Assembly: GCA_040902005.1 (NCBI GenBank)
Contig: JBBDYA010000118.1
Location: 1-12,617 of the forward strand
From: Gemmatimonadaceae bacterium
Lineage (GTDB): Bacteria > Gemmatimonadota > Gemmatimonadetes > Gemmatimonadales > Gemmatimonadaceae
Reading direction: 5' to 3'
Length of the DNA: 12,617 nt
A program made the position numbers and the translations under genes. Positions 7,977 to 12,617 of this stretch are shown one piece after another. Position 1 is the first letter of the stretch. Every line of letters starts with the position of its first letter. The notes beneath the pieces are model-generated. The model saw nothing but the letters and a program-made list of their open reading frames with translations, had not been told where the DNA came from and searched no databases.

Positions 7977-9065
7977 ATGGTGCAGATGGAAACGCTGATC
8001 GACATCGCGGGACAGCCGGTCGTCCTGGCGTACTCGAGCGTCGCGGCTGAGTACGAAGCGCTGCGACGCCGGGCGATCGTGGTCAACCGGAGCCACCGCG
8101 GCCGCATGCGATTCACCGGCGACAAGGCGGCGGACGTGCTCACCGGGCTGGTCACCAACGACGTGGGATCCCTGGTGCCCGGACAGGGGCAGTACGCGGT
8201 GGCGCTGACGGCCAAGGGCAAGGTGATGGCGGATCTGCGGATCCTGCGCTTCGAGGACGGTTTTGTCACCGATGTTTCGCCCCGCGCGCGCGATGGCTGG
8301 AGCGGGATCGTGAAGAAGTACGTCAATCCGCGGCTGGCGAAATACACGGACGAATCGTCCGGCCTGTTCGCGCTTGGCGTGTTCGGAGTGCAGGCGCGCT
8401 ACGTCGTCGAGCAGATGACGGGAATCGGCCACAGCGCGCTGGCGCTCCTCGCGCCCTACGCGCACGTGACAGTGACTACGGAGGGGGGGGGGGCCGCGAT
8501 GCACGTCATGCGCTCCCCGGAGCTGGACGTGGACGGCGTGGAGGGATACGAGCTGCTCGTGCCCGCGGGCCGCTTTCAGCAGGTGTGGGACGCGGCCATC
8601 GCCGCGCGGGCCACGCCGGCCGGCCTCGCCGCCTGGGAGGTGGCGCGCGTGGAGGCGGGGCGCCCCGAATACGGCATCGACATGGACGACACCACGATTC
8701 CCCAGGAAGCCAATCTCGAGCAACTGAACGCCATCTCGTACACGAAGGGTTGCTACACGGGTCAGGAGGTCGTGGCGCGCGTGCACTTTCGCGGTCACGT
8801 GAACCGCGGTCTGCGCGGCCTGCGCGCCGCGGGCACAGAACCGGTGCCCACCAAGGCCGAACTGTACGATGACCACGACAAGGCGGTTGGCGAGGTGCGC
8901 AGCTCGGTCTCGTCGCCACGGCTTGGCGCGATCGCGCTGGGCATGGTGCGGCGCGAGTGCGAGATGGGCGCGAAGCTCTCCGCGCGCTGGAGCGGTGATC
9001 CCGCCGGCGACGCGCCGGGAGGAGAGGCCGCCGTGGAGATCGTGGCGCTCCCCTTCCTGGCCTGA
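7977..9065 (+). CDS. ygfZ: YgfZ/GcvT-like folate-binding aminomethyltransferase-family protein
   Basis: YgfZ signature 'ISYTKGCYTGQEVVAR'; GcvT-like 'GDKAADVLTGLVTNDV', 'LTAKGKVMADL', 'ARVEAGRPEYGID' and C-terminal barrel 'VGEVRSSVSSPRLGAIALGMVRR'. Alternative start ATG 7986. Confidence 0.88.
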   Translation: MVQMETLIDIAGQPVVLAYSSVAAEYEALRRRAIVVNRSHRGRMRFTGDKAADVLTGLVTNDVGSLVPGQGQYAVALTAKGKVMADLRILRFEDGFVTDVSPRARDGWSGIVKKYVNPRLAKYTDESSGLFALGVFGVQARYVVEQMTGIGHSALALLAPYAHVTVTTEGGGAAMHVMRSPELDVDGVEGYELLVPAGRFQQVWDAAIAARATPAGLAAWEVARVEAGRPEYGIDMDDTTIPQEANLEQLNAISYTKGCYTGQEVVARVHFRGHVNRGLRGLRAAGTEPVPTKAELYDDHDKAVGEVRSSVSSPRLGAIALGMVRRECEMGAKLSARWSGDPAGDAPGGEAAVEIVALPFLA

Positions 9066-9069
9066 CCCC

Positions 9070-10086
9070 ATGTCCGTCGCGCTGATCACGGGCGCCACCG
9101 GACAGGTCGGGTCGCACATCGCAGAGCGGTTGCTGGCGGACGGATGGACGGTGCGCGCGCTCGTGCGATCGCCGGAGCGCGCCCGACAGGTACTGGACGA
9201 GCGTGTGCAGCTCTCGCGCGGCGACGTGCTGGACGAGGCGTCGTTCTGCGCCGCCGCGGATGGATGCCACACCGTGTTCCATGCCGCGGCGAACATTATC
9301 GTGAGCGGTGGCTGGGAGGCATACCGGGCCACCAACGTGGAGGGAACGCGCAACGCGATACTCGCCGCACAGCGGGCGGGTGCGCGGCTGCTTCACGTGA
9401 GCAGCGTGGCGGTGTACGGCAATACTGCGCGGTACGAAGCCGCGCGCGGCGGCGGCCGAACCGACGAGTCCACCGTGCTTCCACCATTGTCTCCGCGCGC
9501 CTACTACGCGCGGTCCAAGCGTGAGTCGGAAGAGATGGTGCTCCGCGCGCACGTGGAGGGGCGCGTCTGGGCCACCGCGGTGCGCCCGGACGTGATCTAT
9601 GGAAGGCGCGACCGGCAATTCGTGCCGAGGGTGGCCAGGCTGCTGCGCCTCGGGGTGTTTCCCCTGATGCGCGACGGGCGATCGACGATGACGGTGGTGC
9701 ACGCGGCGAACGTGGCAGAGGGAGCTGTCCTTGCGGCCACGAGCGACATCGCGGGGGGCAAGGCCTACAACCTCGCGAATGACTACGACGTGACGGTGCG
9801 CCAGTTCTTCGAGTTCGCCGGCCGGGGGCTGGGGCGCCCCCCGGTGTTCGTGCCGGTGCCGATGTGGGTCGCGCGCGGCGGGGTGCGCGGCCTGAAGGCG
9901 ATCACCCGGCTGCTCACCGGGGGGCGCTTCAGTCTGCTCAGCACGTCGTCCGTGGACTTTCTCTCGGAAGACAATCCCTTTTCGTCCGACCTGGCGAAGC
10001 GGGAGCTGGGATGGCGTCCGTCGGTGCGGCCGGAGGAGGGGGTGGTAGACGCATTTCGCTGGTTCCGATCGCACGCGGCAGGCTAG
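9070..10086 (+). CDS. NAD-dependent epimerase/dehydratase (extended SDR, 3-beta-HSD/HpnA-like)
   Basis: ATG 9070; Rossmann motif 'ITGATGQVG', 'VFHAAA', 'TNVEGT', 'HVSSVAVYG', catalytic 'YARSK' and 'RPDVIYG'. Confidence 0.9.
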   Translation: MSVALITGATGQVGSHIAERLLADGWTVRALVRSPERARQVLDERVQLSRGDVLDEASFCAAADGCHTVFHAAANIIVSGGWEAYRATNVEGTRNAILAAQRAGARLLHVSSVAVYGNTARYEAARGGGRTDESTVLPPLSPRAYYARSKRESEEMVLRAHVEGRVWATAVRPDVIYGRRDRQFVPRVARLLRLGVFPLMRDGRSTMTVVHAANVAEGAVLAATSDIAGGKAYNLANDYDVTVRQFFEFAGRGLGRPPVFVPVPMWVARGGVRGLKAITRLLTGGRFSLLSTSSVDFLSEDNPFSSDLAKRELGWRPSVRPEEGVVDAFRWFRSHAAG

Positions 10087-10109
10087 GGAACATCCCTAGC
10101 GCGACTTTT
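10082..10109 (+). terminator. Hairpin overlapping the SDR stop codon; possible weak terminator or operator
   Basis: GCTAGGGA-aca-TCCCTAGC is a perfect 8-bp stem (10082-10100), with TTTT 5 nt later. Confidence 0.4.
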
Positions 10110-10153
10110 CAGACTGGAAGTACCTTCCGAAGCGTCAGCCTCATCCCCGTGCC

Positions 10154-12226
10154 ATGACCGCAACCGTAATCCGCGGCGCCTGTCCCCACGACTGTCCCGA
10201 CACCTGCGCCATGCTCGTGACGGTGGAGGACGGGCGCGCCACGCGCGTGGCCGGGGATCCCGACCACCCGTTCACCAACGGCTTTCTCTGCACCAAGGTG
10301 AACCGGTACGTGGAGCGCACGTACCACGAGGATCGCCTGCTGTACCCTATGCGCCGAGTGGGCCCCAAAGGCGAGGGCCGCTTCGAGCGCATCTCATGGG
10401 ACGACGCCCTGACGGAGATTGCTGAGAAGCTTGGGTCGATCGCGCGCTCACCGCACGGCTCGCAGGCGATACTGCCGTACTCCTATGCCGGCACCATGGG
10501 TGTCGTGCAGGCCAATTCCATCGACCGCCGGTTCTTCCACACGCTCGGCGCCTCGATGCTGGACCGCACCATCTGCTCGACAGCCGGCGGCATGGGAATG
10601 CGGATGACGGTGGGCGCGAACATCGGCGCCGACGCGGAAGGCATTCCGCAGAGCGACCTTGTCCTGCTGTGGGGAACGAACACGCTCACGTCCAATCCGC
10701 ACATGTGGCCGTTCGTTTTGCGCGCACGGGAGAATGGCGCGCGAGTGATCGCCATCGACCCGATCAAGACGCGCACGGCGGCGCAGTGCGACGAATGGAT
10801 CGGCATCCGCCCGGGCACGGATGCCGCGCTGGCGCTCGGGATGATGCATGTGATCTTCGACCGCGGGCTGGAGGATCGGGACTTTCTCGCGAAGCACACG
10901 CTCGGCGAGCGCGAGCTGCGCGAGCGCGCGCGCGAGTATCCGCCGGACCGCGTGGCGAAGATCACGGGGCTCGCGGAGCACGACGTCGTCACGCTCGGTG
11001 AGCGGTACGGCCGCTCCGCGGCCGCGTTCATTCGCGTGAACTACGGCTTGCAGCGCCATGCCGGCGGCGGCATGGCCGTGCGGACGATCGCGTGCCTCCC
11101 CGCGATCGTCGGACACTGGCGGCGGCCCGGCGGCGGCGTGCAGCTCTCCACGAGCGCGAACTTCGCCTTCGACAAGAACGCGCTCGAGCGGCCCGACCTG
11201 TCGCCTGAGGTGCGCACGATCAACATGATCCGGCTGGGCGAGGCGCTCACGCGGCCGGATGCCGGCGTGGGAGGTCCCCCGGTGCGCGCCATGATCGTGT
11301 ACAACTCCAATCCGGCGGCCGTGGCTCCGGATCGCAACGAGGTCCTGAAGGGCCTGGCGCGTGAGGACCTGTTCACGGTCGTACTCGAGCATTTCCAGAC
11401 GGATACCGCCGACTGGGCGGACATCGTGCTGCCGGCCACGACGCAGCTGGAGCACTGGGACGTGCACCTGTCGTATGGACATCACTACCTCACGCTCAAC
11501 CGCCCATCCATCGAACCCCTGGGAGAGGCGAAGCCCAACAGCGAGATCTTCCGGCTGCTCGCGGATCGGATGGGCCTCGCGGAGCCGTCGCTGCGTGACG
11601 ACGACCTGACGCTCATCCGGCAGTCGCTGGCGTCCACCTCGGTGAAGTTCCAGGGGATCACGTTCGACGAGCTGCTCGAGCGCGGCTGGATGCGGCTGAA
11701 CGTGCCGACGCCCTACCTCCCGTTCGAGCACGGCGCGTTCCCGACGCCCAGCGGGAAGTGCGAGTTCTACTCGGCGCGCCTGAAGGAGATGGGACTGGAC
11801 CCGGTGCCCACCTACACGCCGCCCTACGAGTCACCCGAGCGCGACGCGACGCTGGTCGCGCGGTTCCCGCTGACGCTCATCTCCTCGCCCGCGCACCAGT
11901 TTCTCAACACCACGTTCGTCAACATCGGTGCGCTCAAGCGCGCCGCGCGGGAGCCCGAGTGCGTGATCCATCCGGCGGACGCGGAGCGGCGCGCGATCGG
12001 CGCCGGGATGCGGGTGGTGATCCATAACGATCGGGGAGCGTTCACCGCGGTCGCGCGCGTGGAAGACAGCATCCGGGAGGGCGTGGTGTGGGCGCCGTCC
12101 ATCTGGTGGGGCAAGTTCGCGGCGGATGGGGCAAACGCCAATCAGACGACGTCGCAGCGCGTGACGGACATGGGGAATGGGCCGGTGTTCTATGACAATC
12201 AGGTAGAGGTGGGGGTAGCCGACTGA
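10154..12226 (+). CDS. Molybdopterin (bis-MGD) oxidoreductase, DMSO reductase superfamily, single cytoplasmic subunit
   Basis: N-terminal 4Fe-4S motif 'CPHDCPDTC...GFLCTK', 'RLLYPMRRVGPKGEGRFERISWDDAL', likely Mo ligand Cys in 'RTICSTAG', 'IRPGTDAALA', 'FQTDTADWADIVLPATT', 'TPSGKCEF' and C-terminal 'IHPADAERR'. No Tat signal. Confidence 0.92.
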   Translation: MTATVIRGACPHDCPDTCAMLVTVEDGRATRVAGDPDHPFTNGFLCTKVNRYVERTYHEDRLLYPMRRVGPKGEGRFERISWDDALTEIAEKLGSIARSPHGSQAILPYSYAGTMGVVQANSIDRRFFHTLGASMLDRTICSTAGGMGMRMTVGANIGADAEGIPQSDLVLLWGTNTLTSNPHMWPFVLRARENGARVIAIDPIKTRTAAQCDEWIGIRPGTDAALALGMMHVIFDRGLEDRDFLAKHTLGERELRERAREYPPDRVAKITGLAEHDVVTLGERYGRSAAAFIRVNYGLQRHAGGGMAVRTIACLPAIVGHWRRPGGGVQLSTSANFAFDKNALERPDLSPEVRTINMIRLGEALTRPDAGVGGPPVRAMIVYNSNPAAVAPDRNEVLKGLAREDLFTVVLEHFQTDTADWADIVLPATTQLEHWDVHLSYGHHYLTLNRPSIEPLGEAKPNSEIFRLLADRMGLAEPSLRDDDLTLIRQSLASTSVKFQGITFDELLERGWMRLNVPTPYLPFEHGAFPTPSGKCEFYSARLKEMGLDPVPTYTPPYESPERDATLVARFPLTLISSPAHQFLNTTFVNIGALKRAAREPECVIHPADAERRAIGAGMRVVIHNDRGAFTAVARVEDSIREGVVWAPSIWWGKFAADGANANQTTSQRVTDMGNGPVFYDNQVEVGVAD

Positions 12227-12228
12227 CT

Positions 12229-12300
12229 GGGGGAAGTGGGAATTGGGAAGGGGGAAAGGGGAAACAGCAACGGCGGGAATTGGGAGGGGGTGGGGGAAGT
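12229..12300 (+). repeat. Left arm: G-rich heptamer (GGGAANN) tandem array with a CAGCAACGGC core
   Basis: From 12231: GGGAAGT GGGAATT GGGAAGG GGGAAAG GGGAAAC, then AGCAACGGC GGGAATT GGGAGG. It begins 2-4 nt after the oxidoreductase stop. Confidence 0.9.
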
Positions 12301-12301
12301 G

Positions 12302-12538
12302 TCACTCCCTCTCCCTTTTGCGTCTCAGGCTGCGGACTAGTCCGGTGAGCAGACGGGCGACCGTCACGGTGAGGTTCTCCGCCGCTGACGTATCAAGGCG
12401 GCCACCGAAGCGGCGTCGCACGAAGTAGAGGCGACTTCCAACTTCATTGAGTGACGCGCTCGACATGCCGAGATGGCGCAGATAGTCGGCGGTGGTCGGT
12501 CGCCCGTTGCCTTCGGCATCACCATTGATCTGCCGCAC
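12302..12538 (-). pseudogene. N-terminally truncated four-helix-bundle protein (23S rRNA intervening-sequence protein / bAvd-like family)
   Basis: The minus-strand translation 'AEGNGRPTTADYLRHLGMSSASLNEVGSRLYFVRRRF...VARLLTGLVRSLR' matches the remembered family pattern (N)IAEGxGRxxxxD/EYxxFLxxxxGSLxExxxxL...xxxxLxxLxxSL. The roughly 45-aa N-terminal half is absent. A possible in-frame GTG lies at 12538. Recognised by eye, not by search. Confidence 0.75.
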
Positions 12539-12544
12539 TAACCA

Positions 12545-12617
12545 TTTTCCCACTCCCACCCCCACTCCCACTTCCCGCCGTTGCTGTTTCCCCCTTCCCC
12601 CTTCCCCCTTCCCCCTT
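12545..12617 (-). repeat. Right arm: inverted copy of the heptamer array and core; runs off the window end
   Basis: 12572-12593 (TTCCCGCCGTTGCTGTTTCCCC) is the exact reverse complement of 12258-12279. It is flanked by (CCCCCTT)4 at 12590-12617 and by CCCACT/CCCACC units on the inner side. Confidence 0.9.

Noticed and set aside
7938..11731. Long minus-strand ORFs (7938-9353, 8506-10074, 10448-11731, and similar ones elsewhere)
   Set aside because: They are antisense shadows of well-supported genes, expected in high-GC DNA, and carry no recognisable motifs.
12243..12428. 61-aa plus-strand ORF
   Set aside because: It starts within the repeat arm, lies antisense to the four-helix-bundle remnant, and has no recognisable features.
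12302..12538. True 23S rRNA intervening sequence
   Set aside because: The flanks are a protein-coding gene and heptamer repeats, with no rRNA sequence.
12229..12617. CRISPR array or complete DGR
   Set aside because: The repeats are inverted and low-complexity with no unique spacers. No cas gene, reverse transcriptase or TR/VR pair is visible in the window, though sequence beyond 12617 is unseen.

Overview
High-GC bacterial DNA. The gene content and style suggest Gemmatimonadota, but that is inference. All intact genes are on the + strand. In order: a 5'-truncated membrane-anchored BTAD/SARP-TPR regulator, three small accessory genes (membrane protein, lipoprotein, VOC/glyoxalase), a translationally coupled glcDEF glycolate/2-hydroxyacid oxidase operon, a YgfZ/GcvT-like folate-binding protein, an extended SDR epimerase/dehydratase and an orphan molybdopterin oxidoreductase. 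The most unusual part is the last ~390 bp. There, two G-rich heptamer arrays sharing a perfect 22-bp core (GGGGAAACAGCAACGGCGGGAA) form a >=53-bp inverted repeat around an N-terminally truncated four-helix-bundle (23S rRNA IVS protein/bAvd-like) gene, which looks like a small repeat-bounded cassette. Smaller signals: a 10-codon leader ORF and RBS-occluding hairpin before the VOC gene, leaderless-type -10 boxes, and long in-frame poly-G tracts.
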